NCBI GenBank assembly: GCA_903885445.1
Contig: CAISIO010000006.1
Coordinates: 79,309 to 143,308, forward strand
DNA: 64,000 bases
Reading direction: 5' to 3'
Origin: Candidatus Staskawiczbacteria bacterium
Lineage (GTDB): Bacteria > Patescibacteriota > Minisyncoccia > Minisyncoccales > Staskawiczbacteraceae
A model generated the notes under the pieces. It was not told the origin of the DNA and searched no databases. It was given only the letters and a program-made list of their open reading frames with translations. A program made the position numbers and the translations under genes. Within the stretch, counting starts at the first letter, position 1. Each line of letters begins with the position of its first letter. Positions 28,502 through 38,418 of the stretch are shown here, piece after piece.

Positions 28502-29053
28502 TTATTTCAAGCCTCCTATTTTTTTTAAATATTCCGTCTCTCTCAAATGCTGTTTTCTTAACCCAGGATCCGCAATCGTCTTTTTTTCAGACTTTTTTAT
28601 TGTCTTTCTAAATTCCTCCTTTGTTATCGTTCGTCCAAGGCGATTAGGAATGTATTTCTTAACCAATTCCGACCTCTCGTTTCTGCTCAAACTTAGCCCT
28701 GACTGCCTTTCCGCCGTTAACGCTTTTTTGTCCGGAACCCTTAATTTATATTTCATAGCTCTTCTGCCAATCGCCGATTTTTCGCCAAACAAAAACGAGC
28801 CTTCTTGTTTTCGCTCCTGTACAACCCCCTGCTCTTTATTCAAATTTAAACCAACCCTTGGAGCATCCGGTCTGCTGGGCGACAACACCTCTTCTTTGGG
28901 CGTAGGAACGCTTATCGTTGACCTATTAGCAGAAAGGAAAGATTCGGCGGCGGCTGGCGCATTATGGCTTGGAAGCTTAAAAGAACTTCCCCCAGCTTTA
29001 GGCGATGGACGAGAAGGAATGCCGCGCGGCGGATTTATATTTGGCAATGGCAT
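28502..29053 (-). CDS. hypothetical basic protein (183 aa)
   Basis: ORF packed tightly between recO and ileS. Pro/Ser-rich N-terminus and Lys/Arg-rich C-terminus. Confidence 0.6.
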   Translation of the reverse strand: MPLPNINPPRGIPSRPSPKAGGSSFKLPSHNAPAAAESFLSANRSTISVPTPKEEVLSPSRPDAPRVGLNLNKEQGVVQERKQEGSFLFGEKSAIGRRAMKYKLRVPDKKALTAERQSGLSLSRNERSELVKKYIPNRLGRTITKEEFRKTIKKSEKKTIADPGLRKQHLRETEYLKKIGGLK

Positions 29054-29075
29054 ATTTTTATATTTAATTGTTTAA

Positions 29076-31907
29076 TTATTTTACAACGCTGACTTTGGCT
29101 GAAGTTGGGCCTTCTTGTTCTATAACAATAATCTCTCTTGCCCTGAATTCCTTCAACAAAAACTCTCTGTTTTTTTCCACCAGCACCCTTTCTCTTCTAG
29201 GTAAAAATAGTTCAACCGAAATTTTATCTTGCGGAACTAAATTCTGCTCTTTTCTTTGCGCCTGAACCAATCTTACTATTTCCCTCAATATCCTTTCATC
29301 TTCTAATTCTTCGGTAATGTTTGTGTCCAGTTCCACTTCGCCGTAAATTTTTCCGTCAAAAATAATTTCTTTGACATTTACTTCGTCTCTTATTAAATCC
29401 AGCAATTCTTTTTCTCCTTTAATTTTTAATTTATCGTTTTTTATTTTTAAAGACAAAAGCGGCTGTTTAACTTTTATTCCTTTGGCAATCCTTTCAGATA
29501 ACGCCAGATTAACGACCATCCTTACCTCGGACATCTCGAACAACAACTTTGACCCAAACACTGTTTTCTTCGATGATTTCGGCCAGCTTGCTAAGTGCAC
29601 GCTCTGTCTATCATCTGCCTCACGAGTCTGCTGAAAAATATATTCTGCGAAGAAAGGCATCGCCGGCGCCATAACTTTTGAAAGAGTATATAAAACATAT
29701 CTTATTATAGCAAGAGCTTCTTTTTTATCGTTGCCCTCTTCCTTAAATCTGTCTCTGCTTCTTCTCAAATACCAAACCGAGAAATCATCAATAAAATCTG
29801 TAAGCGGACGCACCGCAACATCCACTTTATAATTCTCATATCCTTCAGTTGAAGTTTTAATTAATTCTCCAAGGCGGGAGATAATCCACTGGTCAAGAAT
29901 GTTTCTGCTTTTATCGGATGCGGGCGTGCCATTTTTATAAAGCTCGTAAAAAGCCAACACATTATACAATCTGCTTATATTTTTCTTTGCAATTTCGTCA
30001 ACGCCTTTTTCAGAGAAAGAGAGATTGTCCGCTTGGACCACCGGAGAATTTAGCATATAAAACCTCATCGCATCGGCTCCGTATTTTTCCATTACAGTAG
30101 TTGGGTCGGGATAATTCTTCAATTTTTTAGACATCTTCTTCCCGTCTTCTGCCAAAACAATTCCAGTAACGATACAATTTTTAAATGCTTCTTTATTAAA
30201 CAGAGCCCCGGAAAGTACATGCATATAATAAAACCAGGCTCTAGTTTGGTCTTGTGCTTCCCCAATAAAATCTGCCGGGATTGTTCTCTTTGTGGCAAAC
30301 GGTACAGACCCCGAATCAAACCAAGTATCCAAAACATCCGGCACTCTTTTTGCCTCCCCTCCGCATTCGCATTTAAATAAAACCTCGTCAACAATATCTT
30401 TGTGCAAATCAAAAACTTTTGTTCCGCTGGCTTTTTCCAGCTCTGAAGCTGAAGCAAAAACAAATTCTTTTTTACACTTATTACACCTCCAAACAGGGAT
30501 TGTGTTTGCCCAAAATCGCTGGCGGGAAATAGACCAGTCGCGCGCGCCTCGCAACCATTGCCCGAATCTTCCTTCCTTTATATGCTCTGGCGACCAATTT
30601 ATTTTTTTTGCGATCTTTAATAACTTAGGTTTTATTTTTTCTACCGCCACAAACCAAGAGCTAGTTGCGTAATTTAAAAGCGCGGTATCGCATCTCCAGC
30701 AATGAGGATAAGAGTGCTCATATTTTTCAGAAGCAAACAGCAAACCTTTTTGCTCTAAATATTTTACTATTGTTAAATCTGCCTCGCGAATTTCTTCGGG
30801 CTTATCTTTTGCCCGAGGCTTTAAATCAAGTCCCGCAAACTCTCCCGTCTCTTCTTTAAAAGTTCCATCCATTTTTACGTGTTGCACAAACGGCAAATTT
30901 TCTTTCTTCCCAAGTGCCATGTCATCTGTTCCAAACGCAGAAGCAATGTGAACAATGCCCGTTCCGTCTTCTGTAGTCACAAAATCACCAGCATAAATTT
31001 TCCAGCCATTTTCCTTATTTTTCAAATTATCCGATTTCGAATAATTATCAAACAACGGCTCGTATTCCAGCCCAATCAAATCTTTCCCCAAAAAATCTTT
31101 GACATCATGTCCTGGATAGTTATATGAAGATCTTTTCACATCAACGTAATTTACACCAGCCCAATCAAATAATCGATATGTCTCTGCAGGATTAATCGCT
31201 AGGGCGACGTTTCCGGGCAGAGTCCAAGGAGTTGTTGTCCATGCTAATAAGTGCGTGTTTTCTGGCAAGCCACGCTTTTCTGGATTTTTAACTTTAAATT
31301 TTACAGTAGCTGATAAATCTTTTATGTCTTTATACCCTTCCGCGACTTCCCCCTGGCTAAGAGTAGTTTCACACCGCGGGCAAATATGCATAGACCTGTA
31401 GTCTTCATAAATAAGCCCCTTCTTATATAACTCCTTGAATGCCCACCATTCTGCCTGCATATATTCAAAATCCATTGTGCGGTAAGGATGCGCCATATCC
31501 GCCCACCTGCCAAATCGCGGGATTATTGTCTCCCACTCGTGCATAAAAGTAAAAATCCTCTCACGGCACAAATCGTTAAACTTTTTCACGCCCATTGCCA
31601 CAATTTCTTTTTTGGATTTTGTGCCAAGTTCTTTTTCAACAATGTTTTCAATGGGCAGACCATGGCAATCCCAGCCCCATTGCCTTTCAACATAAAATCC
31701 CTGCATTGTTTTATAGCGTGGAATGGCGTCTTTAATCACGCTTTGCAAAAGATGGCCGTAATGCGGAGTTCCGGTGGCAAAAGGCGGGCCATCATAAAAC
31801 ACAAAGGGTTTTTTATTTTTTGTCTGTTCCAAAGACTTCTCAAAGATTTTATTCTCCAGCCAAAACTTTAAAACTTTTTGTTCCTCTTCCGAAAAATTAT
31901 ATGACAT
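29076..31907 (-). CDS. ileS: isoleucyl-tRNA synthetase
   Basis: GTPHYGHLL (HIGH) and KMSKKLKN. The ATG at 31907 (MSYNFSEEEQ) is preferred over the extended ORF-track start. Confidence 0.95.
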   Translation of the reverse strand: MSYNFSEEEQKVLKFWLENKIFEKSLEQTKNKKPFVFYDGPPFATGTPHYGHLLQSVIKDAIPRYKTMQGFYVERQWGWDCHGLPIENIVEKELGTKSKKEIVAMGVKKFNDLCRERIFTFMHEWETIIPRFGRWADMAHPYRTMDFEYMQAEWWAFKELYKKGLIYEDYRSMHICPRCETTLSQGEVAEGYKDIKDLSATVKFKVKNPEKRGLPENTHLLAWTTTPWTLPGNVALAINPAETYRLFDWAGVNYVDVKRSSYNYPGHDVKDFLGKDLIGLEYEPLFDNYSKSDNLKNKENGWKIYAGDFVTTEDGTGIVHIASAFGTDDMALGKKENLPFVQHVKMDGTFKEETGEFAGLDLKPRAKDKPEEIREADLTIVKYLEQKGLLFASEKYEHSYPHCWRCDTALLNYATSSWFVAVEKIKPKLLKIAKKINWSPEHIKEGRFGQWLRGARDWSISRQRFWANTIPVWRCNKCKKEFVFASASELEKASGTKVFDLHKDIVDEVLFKCECGGEAKRVPDVLDTWFDSGSVPFATKRTIPADFIGEAQDQTRAWFYYMHVLSGALFNKEAFKNCIVTGIVLAEDGKKMSKKLKNYPDPTTVMEKYGADAMRFYMLNSPVVQADNLSFSEKGVDEIAKKNISRLYNVLAFYELYKNGTPASDKSRNILDQWIISRLGELIKTSTEGYENYKVDVAVRPLTDFIDDFSVWYLRRSRDRFKEEGNDKKEALAIIRYVLYTLSKVMAPAMPFFAEYIFQQTREADDRQSVHLASWPKSSKKTVFGSKLLFEMSEVRMVVNLALSERIAKGIKVKQPLLSLKIKNDKLKIKGEKELLDLIRDEVNVKEIIFDGKIYGEVELDTNITEELEDERILREIVRLVQAQRKEQNLVPQDKISVELFLPRRERVLVEKNREFLLKEFRAREIIVIEQEGPTSAKVSVVK

Positions 31908-31950
31908 TTTTTTGTCTTGCACCCTTCTTTTTAAAATATATAGAAGGCTG

Positions 31951-32529
31951 TTAATTGATTTCAATTAATTCTCCGCGTGTGATTCTTTTTTCGCCTTCGA
32001 CATTAATTATGCCATCCATACCTTTTAACACGGGCTCGCCGATTATTTTTCCCAACAGAAGCAGAAGCGGCGCCTGGTGGCTCACTATCAAAATATTTTT
32101 TTGCTTATATTTTTTGTTTATCTCCGAAAAAAAATCCCAAATTCTTTTTAATACATCTTCATAATTTTCTCCGCGAGGCGTCCGCTTCTTCAGCCTTTCT
32201 TTTTTACTGTTAAAATATTTCATAAATCCATCCTCATGCTTTCCATTGAATATTCCAAATCCCAATTCTCTCAGGCGCTTGTCAGCCCTGGGTTTAATTT
32301 TCAACGCCTTGCCGACAATCGCCGCGCTTTCTTTTGTCCTTAACAGAGGCGAATTAAAAATCAAATCGATTTTTTTATCCTTCAGCTTTTTCGCCGCGCT
32401 TTCAATCTGCCCCCTACCTTTTTTAGTTAACGCATTTTCAAACTTTTCCGGCCAGCAGGAAACAATCTGCTCAATGTTTGACCTGGCTTCCCCATGCCTC
32501 AAAATATAATATTTATTATTCAGCTTCAT
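31951..32529 (-). CDS. histidine phosphatase (phosphoglycerate-mutase-like) family protein
   Basis: YILRHGEARSN (RHG catalytic motif) and VSHQAPL. ATG at 32529. Confidence 0.8.
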   Translation of the reverse strand: MKLNNKYYILRHGEARSNIEQIVSCWPEKFENALTKKGRGQIESAAKKLKDKKIDLIFNSPLLRTKESAAIVGKALKIKPRADKRLRELGFGIFNGKHEDGFMKYFNSKKERLKKRTPRGENYEDVLKRIWDFFSEINKKYKQKNILIVSHQAPLLLLLGKIIGEPVLKGMDGIINVEGEKRITRGELIEIN

Positions 32530-32542
32530 CGTTTTATCACCT

Positions 32543-32866
32543 TCAATAATTTCTAATACATCTAAATCCATTAAAACAGTCGCCAATCGGACAGCTACAT
32601 TTATCTGTTATGCTTCCACTCCATTGTTTTTCCGACCCGATGGTACATATTATGCAAAACTTGCCCTTCCCGCAGGAATCAAAGTTGCGTGCATCATAAA
32701 AATCTCCTGCCTTAAATATTTTTACCGTTCCACCCGATATTAAACAGCCAAAATCTTGAACCGGATCCATGCGGTATGTTCTTTGACATATAGCATAACT
32801 TACAACCAAAATTAAAACTATAAATAATACAATCAACAGATAGTTTTTTTTAAAATTCATAAACAT
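32543..32866 (-). CDS. small secreted Cys-rich protein (hypothetical)
   Basis: N-terminal hydrophobic signal or anchor. Cysteine-rich mature part, including the FCIICT and CSCPIGDC clusters. Confidence 0.6.
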   Translation of the reverse strand: MFMNFKKNYLLIVLFIVLILVVSYAICQRTYRMDPVQDFGCLISGGTVKIFKAGDFYDARNFDSCGKGKFCIICTIGSEKQWSGSITDKCSCPIGDCFNGFRCIRNY

Positions 32867-34575
32867 TACATTTTTTCTAACGGATTAATTGCCAGCAACT
32901 TCATTCCGTTCTTCATCGTGGTAGCAAACGCATTTGTCAAAGCAATCTTATATGGAGAAAATTCGTCTCCTTTGTCCACAATTTTATTCTTGGCGTAATA
33001 ACGATTAAATATCCCGGCTAGTTCCGTAAGATACAAAACCAAAAAATGAGGCTCATAATTTTCGCTTGCCTGCAAAACTATCTCCGGAAAACGATATATT
33101 GCTTTTTCCAGTTCGGTAATTTCTTCTGGTATCTTTTTAAAAGAAGACTTTATTTTTTCAACTTTGGCTTTTCTCAAAACAGATTCTGCTCTTGTGTAAG
33201 AATATTGCAAATATGGTCCGGAATCGCCCTCAAAAGAAATCGATTTATCAAAGTCATAAATAATATCAGACCCGATTGACTGTTTTAAAATTGAATATTT
33301 TATCGCCCCAATAGCGACTTTTTCTGTAATTTCTTTTTTCTCTTCTTTTGACAGCTCTCTATCTTTAATTTTTTCTTTCACCAGTTCCTCAACTTTTTCT
33401 ATTAACGATTCTCCGGTGATAACTTTTCCGGTCCTTGAAGACATTTTCCCTTCCGGCAAACGCATCATCCCGTGACCGATGTGTTTTGTTCTTTCTGCTA
33501 ATTTTGGCGCGACCTTATCCATAGCGCAAAGCATAACCTTGAAATAATCATTTTGTTCATTTGCGGTAACAACCACCGATCTGTCATATTTATATTTTTT
33601 ATACTTAAATTCAGCCAACCCTAAGTCCTTTGCCTCATAAGTTGGCAATCCCTCAGAATTTATAAATACTCTTGTGTGAAGCCCATATCTTTCTCCCCTA
33701 AAAATAACCGCTCCATTTTCCCCTTTTTCAAAAATCCCGTCTCTTAATCCTTTCTCAACAATTTTCTTTCCCAAATCAACAACTTTGCTTTCAGGAATAA
33801 GCTCATCAAATTTAGTACCAAGTTTTTTATAAATATTTTCAAGATATTTTAAAGATTTCTCTCTCCCCTCCAAATATCTGCCCTCCGCGGAAAATGTCGA
33901 ATATTTTTTTTCTAAATCAACATTATAAATCTTTTTATTAATTTCTATAATTTCTTTTTTATCATTTTCATCATTTTTATATGCTAAATCGCCCTCGGCA
34001 TATGCTTGCCCCAATTCGAAAATACCAATTGGCAATATGCTTACATCGAAATTGCCATCTTTTTTAGACCTTTTAATCACTGCCCAGACAGCTTTTGCAA
34101 CGTTTAAGCCAATATCGCTTTGATAACAAACTCTCTTCACTTTCGCCCCACCAAACTCAAAAATTCGAGACAACGACTCCCCGACAGAATTGCTCATTAA
34201 ATGGCCTATATGGAATTCTTTAAATAAATTGGCATCGGTATAATCAATAATTATTTTCTTATTTTTTAACTCTTTTCCTCTTCCAAAATCATCATCAACT
34301 TTTTTTAACGAATCTAGAAATACTTTTTCTGAAATAAAAAAGTTAATAAAACCTGGCCCGGCAATTTCTATTTTTGAAAATAATTTGTTCTCGCCGATTT
34401 TTTGCTTTATCATCTCCGCGACTTCGCGCGGATTCTTTCCGATTTTTTTCGCCAAAATCAGAGCAACATTAGTTGAATAATCTCCATGGCTTTTATCATC
34501 AGAAATATCAACCGAAAAGTCCGGAGCTTCCGCTCTAACCGCTTTAAAAATTATTTTTTTTATTTCATCTCGCAT
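32866..34575 (-). CDS. argS: arginyl-tRNA synthetase
   Basis: FHIGHLMSN (HIGH-like) and a C-terminal DALR-type anticodon-binding region. An alternative ATG at 34602 would overlap the upstream gene. Confidence 0.93.
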   Translation of the reverse strand: MRDEIKKIIFKAVRAEAPDFSVDISDDKSHGDYSTNVALILAKKIGKNPREVAEMIKQKIGENKLFSKIEIAGPGFINFFISEKVFLDSLKKVDDDFGRGKELKNKKIIIDYTDANLFKEFHIGHLMSNSVGESLSRIFEFGGAKVKRVCYQSDIGLNVAKAVWAVIKRSKKDGNFDVSILPIGIFELGQAYAEGDLAYKNDENDKKEIIEINKKIYNVDLEKKYSTFSAEGRYLEGREKSLKYLENIYKKLGTKFDELIPESKVVDLGKKIVEKGLRDGIFEKGENGAVIFRGERYGLHTRVFINSEGLPTYEAKDLGLAEFKYKKYKYDRSVVVTANEQNDYFKVMLCAMDKVAPKLAERTKHIGHGMMRLPEGKMSSRTGKVITGESLIEKVEELVKEKIKDRELSKEEKKEITEKVAIGAIKYSILKQSIGSDIIYDFDKSISFEGDSGPYLQYSYTRAESVLRKAKVEKIKSSFKKIPEEITELEKAIYRFPEIVLQASENYEPHFLVLYLTELAGIFNRYYAKNKIVDKGDEFSPYKIALTNAFATTMKNGMKLLAINPLEKM

Positions 34576-34585
34576 TATTTTGTGT

Positions 34586-35227
34586 TTATTGTGAAATATC
34601 ATTTAAACCTTTTACGCCTTTTGATTTTAAAATCTCGACAATCCTATCCATATTTTTTGACGTAAAATTGAAAGGCACACTAATGGGAAAACTGCCACCT
34701 TTAAGGTATATAAGAACCGAACACTTCTTTTGGAAGAGGCTTTCCACTGATGAATAGCTTATACTTTTCGGTCTAAAAATTCTATTCCTTAACGGGCTAA
34801 TAGAGTCAGAGAAAACAAATCCTTCTTCCATAAGTATTATTTCTGACTTTGAAAAAACCATAAATAGCGCCAGAATTAATCCGACAGCTCCAATCGCACT
34901 TAGCGTCATAGGAAGAGAACCTCTTGCGCCCCATAAAGGAAGCGAAATAAATACCAATGAACCCACAAATATAAACACAATAATCGGCCAATTTGCGGCA
35001 AGATAGCTGACTCTTTCTCTGCCTATAACATTGCCGGCAGGGCCGTAATCTAATTGAGAAAAAACAAAAATAATAGCAGAACCAATAGCCAGCGCAAGAT
35101 ATATTACAAATATTATCGGGCTCCAAACAGACTCTTTTATTGTTATGTTAAAATCCCTGGCAGCATACAGCGCCGCCATCAGCAGGATGAAAATTACACC
35201 AGAAATATATGATATAATCTTTTTCAT
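34586..35227 (-). CDS. integral membrane protein (hypothetical)
   Basis: 213 aa with four hydrophobic helices followed by a soluble C-terminal domain. Confidence 0.6.
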   Translation of the reverse strand: MKKIISYISGVIFILLMAALYAARDFNITIKESVWSPIIFVIYLALAIGSAIIFVFSQLDYGPAGNVIGRERVSYLAANWPIIVFIFVGSLVFISLPLWGARGSLPMTLSAIGAVGLILALFMVFSKSEIILMEEGFVFSDSISPLRNRIFRPKSISYSSVESLFQKKCSVLIYLKGGSFPISVPFNFTSKNMDRIVEILKSKGVKGLNDISQ

Positions 35228-35233
35228 AAAAAA

Positions 35234-35911
35234 TTAACTTATAACCGTGCCAATAAATGGTTTATTATCTAAAAAATCTTCAAGGCGTTCCAGATTTTTC
35301 CCGTTTATCATTACAACTCTTAATTTCAACGTTGCAGCCAGTTTTGATGCTCGCGGGTCAAAGGGCATTGAAAGCCCGGGGATCCATTTGTCGCCGACAA
35401 TGCGCATAAAATTTTTCCAGTCAATTTCTTTTAGCGGATTAGCTCCCGGAAACTCGCTTGGATTTTTATCATAAACATAATCAACGTTTGTTAAGTTGAT
35501 TATGGTTTTGACTCCGTAATTTTTAGCTATCAAAACAGAGACGTAATCTGTTGACCAGCCTGGTTTATACCCTCCGCCAATTACAACATCTTTATTGGTT
35601 TTTATTTTTTTAGTCGGGTCTGTGATAATTTTTGGATATGCGTTTCCCAAAAACATTTGCTTTATAACTTCTGCGTTCAACCTTGAAATATTTATTCCCA
35701 TCCAATCTCTATCGGTATCTTTCGCGCCAAACTCCAAAAGCGCTTTTTGGTAAACCCTGCAAATTTTTCCTCCGCCCACCAAAATAAAAAACCTCTTTTG
35801 AGGAATATACTTTCCCAAAGTATGTTTAAAATTCTTCAAAAATCCCAAGTCTATTTCACCCGGCGCCACCAGCGACCCTCCCAACGAAATTATTATTGTT
35901 TCTTTATCCAT
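35234..35911 (-). CDS. pyrH: UMP kinase, archaeal-type (amino-acid-kinase fold)
   Basis: IIISLGGSLV, FILVGGGKICRVYQ and GGGYKPGWSTD blocks. Confidence 0.75.
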   Translation of the reverse strand: MDKETIIISLGGSLVAPGEIDLGFLKNFKHTLGKYIPQKRFFILVGGGKICRVYQKALLEFGAKDTDRDWMGINISRLNAEVIKQMFLGNAYPKIITDPTKKIKTNKDVVIGGGYKPGWSTDYVSVLIAKNYGVKTIINLTNVDYVYDKNPSEFPGANPLKEIDWKNFMRIVGDKWIPGLSMPFDPRASKLAATLKLRVVMINGKNLERLEDFLDNKPFIGTVIS

Positions 35912-36029
35912 ATTATCTCTTAGTTTAGCTTATTTTACCCAAAAATTAAAGGTTTTACGACCGCCTTCAGTATGTTCAGCACGTAAATATAAACTTGTCA
36001 ATGACAAATTTTTGTGGTATTATAGAGCA

Positions 36030-36476
36030 ATGAAGGTTTATTCGGAAAACAAAAAAGCGGGATTTGATTATGAGATTTTAGAACGCTTTGAGGCGGGGCT
36101 GGTTTTGTTTGGACAGGAAGTAAAATCAATAAAAACCGGGCATATAAATTTGGCGGGGGCTTATGTGGCTTTAAGGGGTGAAGAACCGTTTTTGGTGGGA
36201 GTAAAAGTGCCTCCGTACCAGCCAAATAACGCCGGAGCTGACTTTGGCGAGGAAAGGGAAAGGAAGGTTCTTTTGAACAAAAAAGAGATAAATTATTTGA
36301 TTGGGAAGACAAAAGTGAAGGGTTTTGCCTTGATACCCTTGAAAATTTATGATAACAATGGTAGAATAAAACTCGAATTCGGATTAGCTAAAGGAAAGAG
36401 AAAATACGACAAAAAAGAGAAAATAAAGAAACGGGACGCAGATAGAGAGGTTAATCGCGAATTATCACGGGAGTGA
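36030..36476 (+). CDS. smpB: SsrA-binding protein
   Basis: NKKAGFDYEILERFEAGLVLFGQEVKSIK and a basic C-terminal tail. The ATG at 36030 is preferred over the TTG at 36012. Confidence 0.92.
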   Translation: MKVYSENKKAGFDYEILERFEAGLVLFGQEVKSIKTGHINLAGAYVALRGEEPFLVGVKVPPYQPNNAGADFGEERERKVLLNKKEINYLIGKTKVKGFALIPLKIYDNNGRIKLEFGLAKGKRKYDKKEKIKKRDADREVNRELSRE

Positions 36477-36819
36477 TTGTTTCGACAGGTGCTCTTTGCT
36501 AAGATATGCAAACCCAGTATTCTGAAACCTGGTAAAACTTTCAGAAAAATCATAATTGCCAATTTATTTAATAGGCAACCAGCGTTAGCTTTAGCTTAAA
36601 TGCTGCATCTTCGCCATCAACTCCTGATAGGTGGGTCGAAGGTGTTATTTATCAGGATAGATAATTTTTTCTCCCCGAATAATTATCGAAAACAACCGGG
36701 GATAGGATATCAGAAATTTTTTCTATCCCGTACCTGATATTCAAACAAATAGGATAGAATAAGTTTGTAGAATTATTTTAGAAAGGCATTTGGACGGGAT
36801 TTCAATATCCCCACTTCCA
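36469..36819 (+). ncRNA. ssrA: tmRNA (SsrA), tag ANLFNRQPALALA
   Basis: 5' GGGAGUG pairs with 3' CACUUCC, including the G3-U alanine identity pair. T arm GGGAU-UUCAAUA-UCCCC (GACGGGAUUUCAAUAUCCCCA). Tag reading frame GCC..GCT TAA at 36558..36599. The gene directly follows smpB. Confidence 0.9.
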
Positions 36820-36840
36820 CATTAGTAATTAAAAAATCAA

Positions 36841-37347
36841 TTGGACAAAATTTTAGTAAACAATTTCATAAGGGCAAAAGAGGTGAGAGTGATTTCCGAA
36901 ACCGGAGAGCAAATTGGAATTATGAATATATTCGCGGCAATTGATTTGGCAAAATCAAAAGGGCTGGATTTAATCCAGGTTACAGAGAAAGTTGAACCGC
37001 CGGTCTGCAGGATCGCTGAATACGGGAAATATCTTTACACCCAGCAAAAGAAAGAAAAAAAGATGGCTAAGCCCAAGGGCGGAGAATTAAAAGAGATAAG
37101 ATTAACTTTTAATATTTCTCCTCATGATATGGAAACAAGGGCAAAGCAGGCGGAGAAATTTCTGAACGATGGAGACAAAGTTAAAATAAACATGTCGCTG
37201 AGAGGCAGGGAAAAAGCAATGGGACAATTTGCCACAGACAAAGTAAAATTATTTTTAAATAATTTAAATTCAATAATACCAATTAAAACTGAAAGGGAGC
37301 TAAAGCGTGAACCCAGAGGTTTCACTATGATAGTTTCTAAGCAGTAA
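36841..37347 (+). CDS. infC: translation initiation factor IF-3
   Basis: INNFIRAKEVRVISETGEQIGI N-domain and C-domain KEIRLTFNISPHDMETRAKQAEKFL. Non-ATG (TTG) start, as is common for infC. Confidence 0.9.
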   Translation: MDKILVNNFIRAKEVRVISETGEQIGIMNIFAAIDLAKSKGLDLIQVTEKVEPPVCRIAEYGKYLYTQQKKEKKMAKPKGGELKEIRLTFNISPHDMETRAKQAEKFLNDGDKVKINMSLRGREKAMGQFATDKVKLFLNNLNSIIPIKTERELKREPRGFTMIVSKQ

Positions 37348-37355
37348 TAATTAAA

Positions 37356-37544
37356 ATGAATAAAACAAAAAAGGCCTTGATAAAAAGGTTTAAAATTACA
37401 AAAACCGGTAAAATAATGCGTAGAGCAACCGGCCAAAACCATTATAGGTCAAAAAAGACCGGTGAAAAGAGAAGAAAAGGTCGTAAATGGATTGCGCTAG
37501 CTCCAAACGAGGCACATAAACTTAGGAAATATTTAACCAAGTAA
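37356..37544 (+). CDS. rpmI: 50S ribosomal protein L35
   Basis: MNKTKKALIKRFKITKTGKIMRR..HYRSKK; position between infC and rplT. Confidence 0.92.
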   Translation: MNKTKKALIKRFKITKTGKIMRRATGQNHYRSKKTGEKRRKGRKWIALAPNEAHKLRKYLTK

Positions 37545-37561
37545 TTTTTTTATAAAAAGAC

Positions 37562-37909
37562 ATGAGCAGAATTAAAAGAGCCGTACAAGCCAGAAAGCAC
37601 AGGAAAAATATAACAAAGCTTACAAAGGGCTTTAAGTACGGAAGAAAATCAAAATTTAAATTGGCAAAAGACGCATTAAGGCACGCGTGGACTTATGCGT
37701 ACAGAGACCGAAAAAACAAAAAAAGAACATTCAGAAATTTGTGGAACCTTCAGATAAACGCCTTAGCCCGCCAAAACGGAATCACATACAGCAGGCTTAT
37801 TAACGGATTAAAGAAAAACAAAATCGAACTAGACAGAAAGGTTTTATCAGAATTAGCCAACACATATCCTGAAGTATTTGTAAGAGTTTTAGAAGAAGCT
37901 AAAAAGTAA
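37562..37909 (+). CDS. rplT: 50S ribosomal protein L20
   Basis: MSRIKRAVQARKHRKNITKLTKGF..AYRDRKNKKR. Confidence 0.95.
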   Translation: MSRIKRAVQARKHRKNITKLTKGFKYGRKSKFKLAKDALRHAWTYAYRDRKNKKRTFRNLWNLQINALARQNGITYSRLINGLKKNKIELDRKVLSELANTYPEVFVRVLEEAKK

Positions 37910-37915
37910 ACTTTT

Positions 37916-37941
37916 AAAAAACCGCCTCCGGGCGGTTTTTT
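37916..37941. terminator. Bidirectional Rho-independent terminator between rplT and the NUDIX gene
   Basis: AAAAA-ACCGCC-TCCG-GGCGGT-TTTTT. Confidence 0.75.
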
Positions 37942-37952
37942 GTTTGACTAGT

Positions 37953-38417
37953 TTAATGGGCTATATTTTTAAAAATAAATTCATTTGCTTTTTGCAATAA
38001 CAATTTGGAATTTTTAAATGTCGTTTTTTTAACCGCCTCATCAATCGGAAGCCACAAAAAACCAGTGTGCTCTGAAGAAATTTTTATTTCCTTGGTGTTT
38101 GTTTCAGCAATGAAAAATACCACCAATTTAAATACCCATGGAGTTTTACCTTTCTTCCTGTCCGTCTCCGAAACACTATCTCTATACTGCCTAAAAAAGT
38201 ATTTTATGTACTGCTTAAAACCAGGCAAAATTTTCAAATCGGTTATTCCTGTTTCTTCCACTACCTCTCTTGCCAAGGTCTCTTCTTCGGTTTCCTTGCC
38301 CTCAATGTGGCCTTTCGGAAATTCCCAATGCCCGGTTGGGTAATGCAAAAGCAAAAACAAAGGCGTGTTGTTTTCCATTCTATATATGATTGCTCCCGCT
38401 GATTTTTCCCTTGGCAT
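37953..38417 (-). CDS. NUDIX hydrolase
   Basis: Nudix box GHIEGKETEEETLAREVVEETG. Confidence 0.85.
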   Translation of the reverse strand: MPREKSAGAIIYRMENNTPLFLLLHYPTGHWEFPKGHIEGKETEEETLAREVVEETGITDLKILPGFKQYIKYFFRQYRDSVSETDRKKGKTPWVFKLVVFFIAETNTKEIKISSEHTGFLWLPIDEAVKKTTFKNSKLLLQKANEFIFKNIAH

Positions 38418-38418
38418 A

